Below are positions 17,099-27,584 of a stretch of DNA of 64,000 nt, in pieces. Below the pieces are notes generated by a model. It saw only the letters and a program-made list of their open reading frames with translations, was not told where the DNA came from and made no database searches. Location: the NCBI RefSeq assembly GCF_910588715.1, contig NZ_CAJURG010000004.1, positions 60,627 through 124,626 on the forward strand, given 5' to 3'. The position numbers and the translations under genes were made by a program. This DNA is from an uncultured Clostridium sp. (GTDB lineage: Bacteria; Bacillota; Clostridia; Clostridiales; Clostridiaceae). How positions within the stretch are numbered: position 1 is the stretch's first letter; the number at the start of each line of letters is the position of its first letter.

Positions 17099-18274
17099 AT
17101 GGCATGTAAATTTTTCTTACATCAAGGAAAAAATAAAAGAGCCGAGCAAGGCCGTCCTTGGATATACATAGATGAAATAAACGAATATGATGGTGATTAT
17201 GAAAATGGAGATATTGTTGAAGTTTATAATCATAAAAACTACTTTATAGGTAAAGGCTACATAAATGATAGAAGTAAAATTACTATAAGAATAATGACTA
17301 GAGATATAAACGAAGAAATAGATGAAGAATTTTTTAAGAAAAGATTTGCCGCTGCATGGGATTATAGAAAAACTGTTATTGATACTTCATCTTGCAGATT
17401 TATATTTGGTGAAGCTGATTTCTTACCTGGTTTAACTGTTGATAAATTTGAAGATTATTATGTAATTCAAATATCAACTTTAGGAATGGATAAATATAGA
17501 GAATTAATTGTAAAAATATTAGTTGAAGAATATGGTGCTAAAGATGTTTATGAAAGAAGTGATATAAAGACTAGAGAAATTGAAGGGTTAGAACAGACTA
17601 AGGGATTCTTAACTGCTCCATTTAATACTGATATTGAAATTATTGAAAATGGAGTTAAATACATAGTTGATTTAGAAAACGGACAAAAAACAGGATTTTT
17701 CTTAGATCAAAAAGAAAATAGAGCTGCTATCCATAGAATTTGCAAAAATAAAGATGTCTTAGATTGCTTTACTCATACTGGTTCATTTGCTTTAAATGCC
17801 GGTATTGCTGGTGCAAAATCAGTTCTTGGAATTGATGTATCTCAACATGCTGTAGATTGTGCTACAAGAAATTCTGAATTAAACAACTTACAAGATGTTG
17901 TAAAATTTGAATGTCATAATGCCTTTGATGTACTTGGAGATTGGTCAAGAGAAGGCAGACAATTTGATGTTGTTATTTTAGATCCTCCAGCATTCACTAA
18001 ATCTAGGAATACTGTTAAATCAGCAATTAGAGGTTATAAAGAAATTAATCTTAGAGGCTTAAAAATGGTTAAACCAGGTGGTTATTTTGCTACATGTTCC
18101 TGTTCTCATTACATGAGTGAGGAACAACTAAAGAAAACTGTTCTTGAAGCAGCACATGATGCTAGAAGAACTTTAAGACAAATTGAAGTTAGAACCCAAA
18201 GTTCAGATCATCCAATTCTTTGGAATTCTGATGAATCATATTACTTAAAATTCTTTATTTTCCAAGTTGTTTAA
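17099..18274 (+). CDS. Class I SAM-dependent rRNA methyltransferase, RlmI/YwbD-like (PUA plus MTase)
   Basis: GRPWIY N-terminal PUA-like motif and VILDPPAF SAM-MTase motif IV. Start set to ATG 17099 because an extended -10 (TGtTATAAT, 17054-17062) sits only 4 nt before the tracked ATG 17066. Confidence 0.85.
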   Translation: MACKFFLHQGKNKRAEQGRPWIYIDEINEYDGDYENGDIVEVYNHKNYFIGKGYINDRSKITIRIMTRDINEEIDEEFFKKRFAAAWDYRKTVIDTSSCRFIFGEADFLPGLTVDKFEDYYVIQISTLGMDKYRELIVKILVEEYGAKDVYERSDIKTREIEGLEQTKGFLTAPFNTDIEIIENGVKYIVDLENGQKTGFFLDQKENRAAIHRICKNKDVLDCFTHTGSFALNAGIAGAKSVLGIDVSQHAVDCATRNSELNNLQDVVKFECHNAFDVLGDWSREGRQFDVVILDPPAFTKSRNTVKSAIRGYKEINLRGLKMVKPGGYFATCSCSHYMSEEQLKKTVLEAAHDARRTLRQIEVRTQSSDHPILWNSDESYYLKFFIFQVV

Positions 18275-18319
18275 TCTTTAAAAATAAACATAATATCTTA
18301 TCTTGTTATTAGATTTCTT

Positions 18320-18344
18320 GGCTACTAATAAAACGTTAGTAGCC
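18320..18344. terminator. Hairpin terminator between convergent genes
   Basis: GGCTACTAA-taaaacg-TTAGTAGCC. The T-tract is weak (TCTAACTTTT). Confidence 0.5.
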
Positions 18345-18394
18345 TCTAACTTTTAAAATTAATAAAAAACTATTTATAAAGTTGTTAACTTATT

Positions 18395-19321
18395 CTATTT
18401 AAAATCTTTTCCTTGCCAAATATTATTATCTACAAGTGCCTTATCAATATCATTTAAAACTTCCCATTTTTTTAAACTCCACATAGGTCCAATTAAACTT
18501 TGTCTTGGAGCATCGCCCGTTAATCTATGTACTACCATATCCTCTGGTATCATAGCTACACCCTTACATATTAAATCAATATAATCCTCTTTGCTTAATA
18601 GCTTTAATTCTCCACTTTCATATTGTTCAACCATTTTAGTACCTTCCATTAAATGCAATAAGTGAAACTTGATTCCTTGAGCTTTAGAGTGTGCAACATA
18701 ATCTATAGTTTTTAACATATCCTCTTTAGTTTCTCCTGGAAGCCCAAATATAGTATGTACAACAACTTCTATTCCTCTTTCTTGTAATTTCTTTAAACTA
18801 CTATCAAAAACCTCAAAATCATATCCTCTATTAAAGTTATGCGCTGTTTCATCATTTATAGTTTGTAACCCTAATTCAACCCAAAGATAAGTTTTTTTAT
18901 TTAATTCTTCAAGATAGTCTAAAACATCATCATCTAAACAGTCTGGTCGAGTTGCTATAGATAAAGCAATAACATTTTTTTGAGATAATGCTTCCTCATA
19001 TTTTCTTCTTAATTCTTCAACTGGAGCATAAGTATTAGTATATGCTTGAAAATAAGCAATATACTTACCATCCTTCCACTTCTTCTCCATCATTTCTTTT
19101 CTATCCTCAAATTGCTCTGTAATTGATAATATTCTACTTCCTGCAAAATCTCCTGAACCTCTGGCACTACAAAAAGTACATCCTCCTTTTGCAACCTTTC
19201 CATCTCTATTAGGACAAGTAAATCCTCCATCTAATGATATTTTAAATATCTTTTCTCCAAATTTATTTCTTAGGAAATAATTTAAACTGTGATACCTTTT
19301 TCCATTCCATTCCTTCATCAT
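18395..19321 (-). CDS. TIGR01212-family radical SAM protein (YtqA-like)
   Basis: FTCPNRDGKVAKGGCTFCS motif is typical of this family. Start moved to ATGATG at 19316-19321, preceded by AGGAG. The N-terminal 26 aa of the tracked ORF have no RBS. Confidence 0.85.
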   Translation of the reverse strand: MMKEWNGKRYHSLNYFLRNKFGEKIFKISLDGGFTCPNRDGKVAKGGCTFCSARGSGDFAGSRILSITEQFEDRKEMMEKKWKDGKYIAYFQAYTNTYAPVEELRRKYEEALSQKNVIALSIATRPDCLDDDVLDYLEELNKKTYLWVELGLQTINDETAHNFNRGYDFEVFDSSLKKLQERGIEVVVHTIFGLPGETKEDMLKTIDYVAHSKAQGIKFHLLHLMEGTKMVEQYESGELKLLSKEDYIDLICKGVAMIPEDMVVHRLTGDAPRQSLIGPMWSLKKWEVLNDIDKALVDNNIWQGKDFK

Positions 19322-19444
19322 TTTTCTCCTTATATTAACTCTTTCATTTACCTTAAAATTAATTTTTATAATTAAAATAGAGGTCATGTATTTAAACATT
19401 AACCTCTTTTATTTTTACTATATTATAAATTACTTATCTATTAA

Positions 19445-20527
19445 TTACAATTTAATCATTTCTTCAGACTTTATATTTAAACTATACTTACCAGTACTAT
19501 TATCATTAGTACCATCTGTTTTATAAACACTTATAATTAATTTGTCTCCATCAAAATTCTCTGCTTTAACGCTATATATATCTTTATTAAAAGTATCATC
19601 TAATTTAGAGCTTATTTTAGATCCATCATCTGCTTTATATATATTTAATCTTTCTATTCCTGATTTATCTTTATAATTAACAGCTATATTATCATCTTCT
19701 TTAGAAAAAATAAAATTTTCTATTTGAACATTGTTTAATAAATCTACAGGTACAACCTTACTTGTAATAGGTTTTTCTAATATTTCTTGTAATTCACTTA
19801 TTTGATTACCTTGAGAAGCCGTACCACTTGTTACATCATCAGTACCATTTTGCATTAATGTATTATCAATATAAGCAATACAAATAAATGCATTATTATC
19901 ATCTACAGTAGAAATAGCTATCTTTTCTCCTGTAAATCCTAAAACTACTTTTCCAAAGTTATTATTTGGCACCTTTTCTTTATATACCATAATTTTATTA
20001 TCTTTTAAATATGTATCCTTTGGAATATTATTTAAGCTTATTACTAAACTACTTTTTCCCCCTTTTTCTCCTATTATTCTTAATGAATTATTTTTTATAT
20101 ATAATTCCCTTTGTGGCTTTGCCTTAACTTCACTTATGCTGTAATTATCTCCATTTCTATTTACTTTTATAGTATAACTTTCTAAATCACTTTTTGGCTC
20201 TAAATTTGAATCTCTAACAACATTAAAAATATAATATGCAAATTCAGTACCTGCTATTGTTTTATCAAGTTGAAAACCAGCTAAATTTGAAACTCCTTCA
20301 GATAAATTAATATTACTTGAAACTAACTCATCTAAACATGCTTCATTAGCTTTTTCAATATTACCATTACTAACATTTATTAAGTAATTTGTTGCTAAAT
20401 CCTTTCCTTTAAATACATCAAATAAATCTATAGCTACTTCACTTTTTTTTTCTAATTTACTACATCCACTTAACATACTTACAGTCAAAAGTAATGTAAC
20501 ACTTAAAAATCTTTTAATGCTAAACAT
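19445..20527 (-). CDS. Lipoprotein of unknown function
   Basis: Signal peptide with lipobox (LLTVSMLSGCS). 360 aa, Asn/Ser/Lys-rich. Confidence 0.75.
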   Translation of the reverse strand: MFSIKRFLSVTLLLTVSMLSGCSKLEKKSEVAIDLFDVFKGKDLATNYLINVSNGNIEKANEACLDELVSSNINLSEGVSNLAGFQLDKTIAGTEFAYYIFNVVRDSNLEPKSDLESYTIKVNRNGDNYSISEVKAKPQRELYIKNNSLRIIGEKGGKSSLVISLNNIPKDTYLKDNKIMVYKEKVPNNNFGKVVLGFTGEKIAISTVDDNNAFICIAYIDNTLMQNGTDDVTSGTASQGNQISELQEILEKPITSKVVPVDLLNNVQIENFIFSKEDDNIAVNYKDKSGIERLNIYKADDGSKISSKLDDTFNKDIYSVKAENFDGDKLIISVYKTDGTNDNSTGKYSLNIKSEEMIKL

Positions 20528-20676
20528 ATTAATTAATCTCCTCGCATATTTATTTCACCTATAAAAAATCTCTTAAATTTATTTTACCTAATAAAATATA
20601 GCTTATTCACAAAAAAAGAATAATTGTAATGTAACCTTTATATATTAGATATTAGAAATATATTGGGGGGATATGC

Positions 20677-21735
20677 GTGAAGAAAGATTTCACTAAGATT
20701 TTTCAAATTGCTGCTGTATTTATTGGAACAATTGTTGGTGCTGGACTTGCTTCTGGTAAAGAAATTACTCAATTTTTCACTTCTTTTGGTATAACTAGCT
20801 TTTTGGGAATACTCTTTTGTGGAGTATTTTATATATTGATGGGCTCAATAATAGCAAAAATAGGTATGAAATATAATCTTAATTCTTATAGTGATGTTTT
20901 AAAAATAATAAGTCCTAATTTACTAGGTAAAATAACTGGAATCATAACAACTTTTTATTTAATTTCTAGTGCCTCAATCATTCTTGCAGGAAGTGGTGCT
21001 TTAATTAATCAGTTCTTTGGAATACCTAAAATTATTGGTACGTTAATAATGCTTTGTCTTGCTTGCATCTTTTTACTTAGAGATACAGAAGGACTTATTG
21101 AAGTAAACTCCTTTATTGTTCCTGCTCTATTGTGTACAATTACTTTTATTTTAATTTTTTATTTTTTATTTTCTAAAGATTCAATTTCACTACAACATAT
21201 ATCTAGCTTTGAACCTCCTAAAAATGGTGTTATTGTTTCTACCATACTTTATGCTGGATATAATATACTTTGTTGTTCTGGTGTTTTGGTTCCATTAAGT
21301 AATGAAACTAAAAACTCTAAAGTCATGGTTTATGGTATTGCCTTAGGTGCTTTAGGATTAACCTTATTGTCTTCCGTTATTAATTTATTACTTTTAGCAA
21401 ATCAACCTTATATATTTGAACTTGAAATACCATTACTTTTAGTTGCACAAAGATTCGGTAACATTATGCAGGCTTTATTATTAGTAATAATTTGGCTTGA
21501 AATGTTTTCTACAGAGGTTTCTGATGTATATTCAATTAGCAAAACACTAGAACAAAGTTTTAATATTAAATTTAAGAAAGGAATTTTTATAGTTTTAGCA
21601 GTAGCACTACCAATATCTCAAATTGGCTTTTCAAATTTAATCTCAACACTATATCCCCTTTTTGGTCTACTAAGTTTAATATTCATAACACAATGTATTT
21701 ATTTTTATTATAAACATAAATCAGAACTTAACTAA
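20677..21735 (+). CDS. YkvI-family membrane protein (APC-superfamily-like transporter)
   Basis: 352 aa, about 10-11 TM helices. N-terminus IGTIVGAGLASGKEITQFF resembles the YkvI family. GTG start with GGGGGGA RBS. Confidence 0.7.
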   Translation: MKKDFTKIFQIAAVFIGTIVGAGLASGKEITQFFTSFGITSFLGILFCGVFYILMGSIIAKIGMKYNLNSYSDVLKIISPNLLGKITGIITTFYLISSASIILAGSGALINQFFGIPKIIGTLIMLCLACIFLLRDTEGLIEVNSFIVPALLCTITFILIFYFLFSKDSISLQHISSFEPPKNGVIVSTILYAGYNILCCSGVLVPLSNETKNSKVMVYGIALGALGLTLLSSVINLLLLANQPYIFELEIPLLLVAQRFGNIMQALLLVIIWLEMFSTEVSDVYSISKTLEQSFNIKFKKGIFIVLAVALPISQIGFSNLISTLYPLFGLLSLIFITQCIYFYYKHKSELN

Positions 21736-21742
21736 ACTGCTC

Positions 21743-21785
21743 ATTACGTGGAAATAAATTTTAAAGTTTTTTATTTCCACGTAAT
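21743..21785. terminator. Bidirectional terminator
   Basis: 16-bp perfect stem ATTACGTGGAAATAAA / TTTATTTCCACGTAAT with A/T runs on both sides, between convergent genes. Confidence 0.8.
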
Positions 21786-21801
21786 AAGCAAAATTATTTA
21801 A

Positions 21802-23136
21802 TTAATCATCAAAGTAATTCATTTTTGGTACTTCTTTTGAATTTAATATATCAAAAGATAATGGTGGAATAAACGTCCTTTGTTTAACAGATGACCTTAA
21901 TTCTGCAATTCTAGTTACTCCAACATATACATCTGATATTTTATACCAAGTTGCATAATCTACAACTCCTGTTTGTGGTAAATTAAATACTCCTTGAAAT
22001 ACCTTAACTGCTTCTGCTGTCTTTGAACCATAAATTCCATCAACTGCTGATTTAGGTATTAAAGGATAGTTTTTAGATATTCTATTTAATTGTTCTTGAA
22101 TTGTTTCAACTTCAGTTCCACTAGAACCTATAGTTAAATCATATCCAGGATAAGAACTAGGACTTCCCTTTACAACTTCTGCTGTAACTAATTCAATATC
22201 ATTTCCATAGAAACTTGTTAATATTTCATATGGAGTTTTTCCTTCATCTCCAAGATATTTACTTCCCCATTGCGTCATCCATCCAGGACATTTAACATTT
22301 TTACCATCACAGTATTGAGTTAATAAAGGTTGCTTCCTTCCTTCCCTTCTTATATATCTTGAAAAAATATCATCAACGACTACGCTTATACTGTCATATA
22401 TATTTCTTCCATAAGTAAAAGCATGATCATATGCTGTTGAATTTGTAATATCATAATTTTTTCCCTTTCCTCTATACCATTCTGTATAAATTCTATTTAA
22501 GGTAAATGATATTATTGCATAAATATTTGCCCTTATTGTACTTTCTGGCCAAGTTGAATATATTTCACAAGATGCTACATTTTTAATGTAATCTTTATAT
22601 AAAACTTTATAATTTGGTGCTGATGTATTACTTGGTGTTCCTGTATGAACTGTTATAAATTCAGGAACAACAGGCTTTGGAAGAACAACTCCACTAGTTG
22701 GTGGTGGCAATGGTTTATCTACTTCTTCCGGAATTTTGGCTGGATAATTACCATTTAAAGTATTAGGAGATATATTTATTACGTCCGCTCTTTGCAATCC
22801 TCTATTTTTATTTTCTATTAATTGACATTGTTGTATAGCTGTTTGCCCTGGGAAAATTTGAATTCCATTTATAACAAGACTTTGAAACCCTTCTCTTTCT
22901 ATTCTTAAATCATATAAACTATAAGGTGTTGGTTGTGATGGCTCTTGTGAATATTGTAATGGTGGTGCATCTAACTCTATTGTTTGAGATTCACCTGATG
23001 AGTTAGTAACTAAATTTACTTCTTTACTATCTCCTGTTTCATTTGCTGATGGTATTAAAACTGCCTTACTTCCATCTACTGGTATATAAGTATCACCTAC
23101 AAAACATTGTATTTTTAATCTGCCCTTTTCAGCCAT
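21802..23136 (-). CDS. sleC: Spore cortex-lytic enzyme SleC (pre-pro form)
   Basis: 444 aa. N-terminus (KIQCFVGDTYIPVD...PYSLYDLRIEREGF) closely parallels C. perfringens SleC as I recall it. C-terminal PG_binding_1 repeat (GIYGSKTAEAVKVFQGVFNLPQTGVVDYATW). Confidence 0.9.
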   Translation of the reverse strand: MAEKGRLKIQCFVGDTYIPVDGSKAVLIPSANETGDSKEVNLVTNSSGESQTIELDAPPLQYSQEPSQPTPYSLYDLRIEREGFQSLVINGIQIFPGQTAIQQCQLIENKNRGLQRADVINISPNTLNGNYPAKIPEEVDKPLPPPTSGVVLPKPVVPEFITVHTGTPSNTSAPNYKVLYKDYIKNVASCEIYSTWPESTIRANIYAIISFTLNRIYTEWYRGKGKNYDITNSTAYDHAFTYGRNIYDSISVVVDDIFSRYIRREGRKQPLLTQYCDGKNVKCPGWMTQWGSKYLGDEGKTPYEILTSFYGNDIELVTAEVVKGSPSSYPGYDLTIGSSGTEVETIQEQLNRISKNYPLIPKSAVDGIYGSKTAEAVKVFQGVFNLPQTGVVDYATWYKISDVYVGVTRIAELRSSVKQRTFIPPLSFDILNSKEVPKMNYFDD

Positions 23137-23203
23137 AATTACTCCTCAATATATATTAATCCATTAATATTAATATGCTTATTATATATCTTTAGTTACT
23201 AAA

Positions 23204-26200
23204 CTATATTTCTTTAGGTTTTCTTACAAATAAATTTCCCACACTATATTCATCATAACTATTCATTTCTCTAGATGTGTCTTTTTGACCATAGACTTCT
23301 TTTATAATATCAAATACTCCCTGCAAATCAAAAATTCCATATCCCCATTCTATATTTGGATAAATATCTCCACTTCTTGTCCTGCTTCCTGCAATAATAT
23401 ATGATCTTACTTGTGGTGTATATATTGCTGGTTGATTTTTATTAACTATTGCCCATTGTAAAATCAAAGCACATCCTCCAGCTACTACAGCTCCAGCTAC
23501 TGAACCACCAGTTGCTACTCCTGTTCCTCCACCAGGTTTAAGAACTGTTGCACTTACACCACCAGCTGTTATATCAGGCTTTATTCTATTATCCCTTGTA
23601 TATCCTCTACCCGATTCACTTACAATGGCATTATTATTTTGATTATAATATGAAACACTAATAGCACCAGTAGATGAACTAGGAACTGTTAATGTTGTAT
23701 TTGAAGTAGAATTTAATAACTTAGTATCTGGTTCTAATAATTCTCTCTGAGGTATCCAAGCATAATAACTTCCATCAACTATATATAAACCTTTTAATCT
23801 TAATTTCCATACTCCTTCTCTTAAATTACTAGCTTTTATAATAATTACAGAATCACCAGTTATATAATCAGGACTACTAAAATTTATAATCATTTCCGTT
23901 TCTTCATAAGTAAATCTTATTTTTTGATTTCTAGACAACTTTGATGTTAAATTACCTATTACCTCCCCAGATGGTGATACTATTGATAGACTTACAATAT
24001 TAGGCTTATTAATATATATTTGAATTGGTAATACTTTCTGATTTTTTCCTACTCTAAGTTCTATATCATTAATATCACCAGCATTTTTAATTGCTCCTTC
24101 AACATGTGTTTCAGTATTTCCTTGATTTCCTGTATTAGTTACTATTAATGTTCCAACTTGCCTTGAATAATTTTCTATAGGTCTCTCCAAAATACCATCA
24201 CCAGAATGTGCAGCCATATTAGTTCCAAGTGGTATATATATAACTATTGGCCTATTAAATTCATTCCCTACCGATACTGCATATCTAAGTCCTAAAAGTA
24301 TATTCCAAGCAGTATATGCAACTTTTCTAGAATCTATATATGATTGATTTAGTTCAACCTCACTTGCTCTTTTAAGCTTTACCACTACAAATTCACAATC
24401 TGGTGCTGCTCCTTTTAATTCTGGATTTATACCCCTACCTCCAACAATACCAGAAACCATTGTTCCATGACCAATTTCATCTTTAGATGGAACTATTGAA
24501 TAGGGATCTTGTCCTTTTTCTTTTGTTGATATAGCTTCAGTTATTTGTTCTTCTGTAAATTCTTTACCATACTTAATACCATATATATTTTCTGTTGAAT
24601 CTAATGTTTGATCCCATATTCTAAGCACTCTAGATGTCCCATCTTCTCTTTGAAATTCCTCACTTAAATAATCTATTCCTGTATCAATTATTCCTACAAG
24701 CACACCTCTACCATTTAACCTTAAATATGGATTATTATTAAACGTAGATGCACCACTATCTTCAACTGGAGATATATCACTTAATGTAAATATTGGTGGC
24801 AAATCAAAATCAACTATGCTATTAGCCAACTTATCTATTTCACTAATTTTATCGCTTGGAGCTATTATAATTGCAAAAGTTTCAGATATCATTGTTCCTT
24901 CCACACCTTGTATTTTTAAAATTTCGTTAAGTCTTTCTTTATTAGGAACTTCTATTAATAATACCATTGAAGCTTCATCTTGATCACTTTTACTATTATT
25001 AGAGTTAATTTGCTTAACTACGTTTCCTTGACCTGATTTTATAGATTCGTCTTTATTTGTATTAGAGTTTGGTTCATCTTGTCTAATTAATTTATCAAAC
25101 CTAGACCCTAATTGTTCTAAAGTTAATCCAATGCTATTATATGCACATACTTCTCCATATCCCCAAGCCGGATCTGGATAAATAACTCCTCTTTTTTCCT
25201 TTTTAGCTCCACTAATTAAATAATACTTTAATCTTTGACCATACAAATAAGGGTCATTTTTTTTAACTATTCCCCATTGCATCATTAATGCACATATACC
25301 TGAAACATTTGGTGTTGCCATAGATGTTCCTGTTTTTCTATCAAAAGACTTATCAGGAATTGAAGAATAAATATTTTCTCCTGGAGCTACTATATCTGGC
25401 TTTATATATTGACCAACATAAGGCTTTCCTCTTCCACTAAATGGTGAAATATTATTTGTCAAATGGTTATAACTTCCAACAGAAATAACATTGTTTACAG
25501 TTGCAGGAATTCCTAACGTATTATCTATAGTTGGATCTAAAAACTTTGTTGTTATATTCAGCCCTTCAGATATTGGTAACCATATATTAAAAGCTCCCTT
25601 ATACTCATCCACTTTTTTAATAATTAACTTCCATTGTCCCGGTGATACAAATTCATTAACTCCCCTAAGTATAATTCCAACTTCTCCACTAATATCAAAA
25701 GGCTTAGATCCCGTATCATATATTTCAAAAACAGTTCTTCCAAGCCTTCCTTCTCTAAAGCCTTCTGCTAAAAACATTTCTCCACTACTTACACCACATG
25801 GACATTCAAGCTCTATGCTAATCTTAGGTAAAATTGATTTATATATGTTTAATGCTATAATAGCTTCTGCATCCCCTACATTAAAATAAATTTCATTTAC
25901 ATTTTTTAATTCTCCTGAAATATGATGTGATGCCTCTGCTTCATTACCTGCCGCTATTACTATAGTTTCTTTTTCTAATATTGTTGCTATATTTATATAT
26001 TGTTCAAGTAAACTGCTTCCATTATGAGCCCCATCATTAGTACTTAAACTCATATTTATAACTAAAGGTAATTCTAATTCTTTTGATTTATCTCTTAAAA
26101 ATTTTAAACCTTTCATTATTTGAGTACTAAGTGCAAATCTAGTTCTCGCAACTTTAACCATAGCTATTGAGCTATTTGGTGCTACTCCATAAAACCTCTT

Positions 26201-26710
26201 ATCTATTTTTCCACCACCACAAGCAATTCCAGCTACATGTGTTCCATGACCAGCTAAATCTATAGAATTAACTATAGAAAACGGATCTGGTGATTTTAAT
26301 GCTTCATTTATAGCATTACTATCAAATATTTTTCCACCTTGATCTAAATCATAAATATATTTTATTCTAGTTGTTCCATCTTCATTTATAAATGAAGGAT
26401 GAGTATAATCTATTCCTGTATCTATAAATCCAACTAATATTCCACTTCCATCTAAATTGTATGAACTAACAGTTTGTGGAATACAAGACGCCCTATTTGC
26501 TGATTGATCTGTAGTATACAAACTCTTTGGTAGTTCTATATATTGAATAGCAGGATTCAATGCTAAATCAACTAACTTATCCACAGGAATTGTAACAATT
26601 CCAAAATTATACCCTAAATCTTCATACTTTCCTCCTAAGTTATCCACAATTTGAGTTACTTTATCCACACTATCCCCAGAAATTATAATAACTTCTATTT
26701 CTGATTGCAT
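23204..26710 (-). CDS. cspBA: Germination-specific double subtilase, CspB-CspA-type fusion
   Basis: Two complete prodomain plus S8 units. Unit 1: GFIDTGIDY / GHGTHVAG / GTSMATPNVSG. Unit 2: GIIDTGIDY / GHGTMVSG / GGSVAGAVVAG. Start is uncertain. ATG 26710 (MQSEIEVIIISGD) fits the Csp prodomain N-terminus; the tracked GTG 26839 has no RBS and sits next to an upstream terminator. Confidence 0.85.
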   Translation of the reverse strand: MQSEIEVIIISGDSVDKVTQIVDNLGGKYEDLGYNFGIVTIPVDKLVDLALNPAIQYIELPKSLYTTDQSANRASCIPQTVSSYNLDGSGILVGFIDTGIDYTHPSFINEDGTTRIKYIYDLDQGGKIFDSNAINEALKSPDPFSIVNSIDLAGHGTHVAGIACGGGKIDKRFYGVAPNSSIAMVKVARTRFALSTQIMKGLKFLRDKSKELELPLVINMSLSTNDGAHNGSSLLEQYINIATILEKETIVIAAGNEAEASHHISGELKNVNEIYFNVGDAEAIIALNIYKSILPKISIELECPCGVSSGEMFLAEGFREGRLGRTVFEIYDTGSKPFDISGEVGIILRGVNEFVSPGQWKLIIKKVDEYKGAFNIWLPISEGLNITTKFLDPTIDNTLGIPATVNNVISVGSYNHLTNNISPFSGRGKPYVGQYIKPDIVAPGENIYSSIPDKSFDRKTGTSMATPNVSGICALMMQWGIVKKNDPYLYGQRLKYYLISGAKKEKRGVIYPDPAWGYGEVCAYNSIGLTLEQLGSRFDKLIRQDEPNSNTNKDESIKSGQGNVVKQINSNNSKSDQDEASMVLLIEVPNKERLNEILKIQGVEGTMISETFAIIIAPSDKISEIDKLANSIVDFDLPPIFTLSDISPVEDSGASTFNNNPYLRLNGRGVLVGIIDTGIDYLSEEFQREDGTSRVLRIWDQTLDSTENIYGIKYGKEFTEEQITEAISTKEKGQDPYSIVPSKDEIGHGTMVSGIVGGRGINPELKGAAPDCEFVVVKLKRASEVELNQSYIDSRKVAYTAWNILLGLRYAVSVGNEFNRPIVIYIPLGTNMAAHSGDGILERPIENYSRQVGTLIVTNTGNQGNTETHVEGAIKNAGDINDIELRVGKNQKVLPIQIYINKPNIVSLSIVSPSGEVIGNLTSKLSRNQKIRFTYEETEMIINFSSPDYITGDSVIIIKASNLREGVWKLRLKGLYIVDGSYYAWIPQRELLEPDTKLLNSTSNTTLTVPSSSTGAISVSYYNQNNNAIVSESGRGYTRDNRIKPDITAGGVSATVLKPGGGTGVATGGSVAGAVVAGGCALILQWAIVNKNQPAIYTPQVRSYIIAGSRTRSGDIYPNIEWGYGIFDLQGVFDIIKEVYGQKDTSREMNSYDEYSVGNLFVRKPKEI

Positions 26711-26886
26711 ATTTTTTGCTAAAAAACTGTTTGACACATTTAATTTTCCCAAAACTTGAGATGGTAAGTTTTTTAATAATCCTAAATAATTTTGATTTGA
26801 GCTATTAGTTTCTATATTATCAACTCCTGATAAAATCACTTTTTATATTATATGCTTTTACATTAATTTTGAGTTAATGGTATAAA

Positions 26887-26909
26887 AAAAAGTGCTTAAT
26901 AGCACTTTT
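26887..26909 (-). terminator. Rho-independent terminator after the XRE-family gene
   Basis: Minus strand AAAAGTGCT-atta-AGCACTTTT followed by a T-run. Confidence 0.75.
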
Positions 26910-27584
26910 CTATAATCTAATTTCTATTCTTTCCAATTTTGCAATTACTGATATCTCTTTAGATTCTACAGTTTCAGTCATAAGAGCTCCCCCGTTACTT
27001 ACAAGAAGTAACTTTGAATTTCCTAGACTCTTTATTTGTCTTACTTTCCTACTTCCCTTGTAATCAACTAAAAATATACCATTATTACTTACTTCTTTTA
27101 CTAAATGTGCAAAAGCTAAATCCCCTTGCATCATTCTAAATCCAGACATTTCATTATCTTGAATTTCTAAATACATAACCTTGTCTTGTGGAAAACCTTC
27201 TACCTTATTTGAATGTATAGGTAATTCAATTTTCCCTTTAACATTTTTTAAACTATAATCATAAATTGGAACATTCTTTAAAACAGATGAAAATGCATTA
27301 TCCCAAACTTCCTCTGTTTCTATATTTGCTGGTTTTTTATTAATTGTAGCATAACTTTTTCTTTCTTCCATTAACGCTTCATCTGTTACAACCATACTTA
27401 CATCATTTAAATCTGTTTTTAAAATTTTAGCAGCTTTATCTATAAATGATTCTTGTACAATTCTTCTTCCTGTTTCAACTTCATTTATAAATTTTTCTGC
27501 AACTCCTAATTTTTTTGCAAGTGCTTTTTGTGTCATTCCAGACTTTACTCTTGCTTCCTTTATTTTTTCACCAACTCTACTCAT
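26910..27584 (-). CDS. XRE-family HTH regulator with C-terminal S24/LexA-like domain that appears non-catalytic
   Basis: HTH is MTQKALAKKLGVAEKFINEVETGRR. The C-terminal beta-rich domain has DNEMSG where S24 peptidases have GDSM. Start ATG 27584 overlaps the upstream stop (ATGAGTAG). Confidence 0.75.
   Translation of the reverse strand: MSRVGEKIKEARVKSGMTQKALAKKLGVAEKFINEVETGRRIVQESFIDKAAKILKTDLNDVSMVVTDEALMEERKSYATINKKPANIETEEVWDNAFSSVLKNVPIYDYSLKNVKGKIELPIHSNKVEGFPQDKVMYLEIQDNEMSGFRMMQGDLAFAHLVKEVSNNGIFLVDYKGSRKVRQIKSLGNSKLLLVSNGGALMTETVESKEISVIAKLERIEIRL

Noticed and set aside
26840-26886. Possible sigma-K/sigma-E-like -10 (GCATATAATAT) directly before the tracked GTG start of cspBA
   Set aside because: The match was made by eye to a short degenerate consensus in AT-rich DNA, with no convincing -35 at the right spacing. 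It was used only as weak support for the downstream ATG 26710 start.
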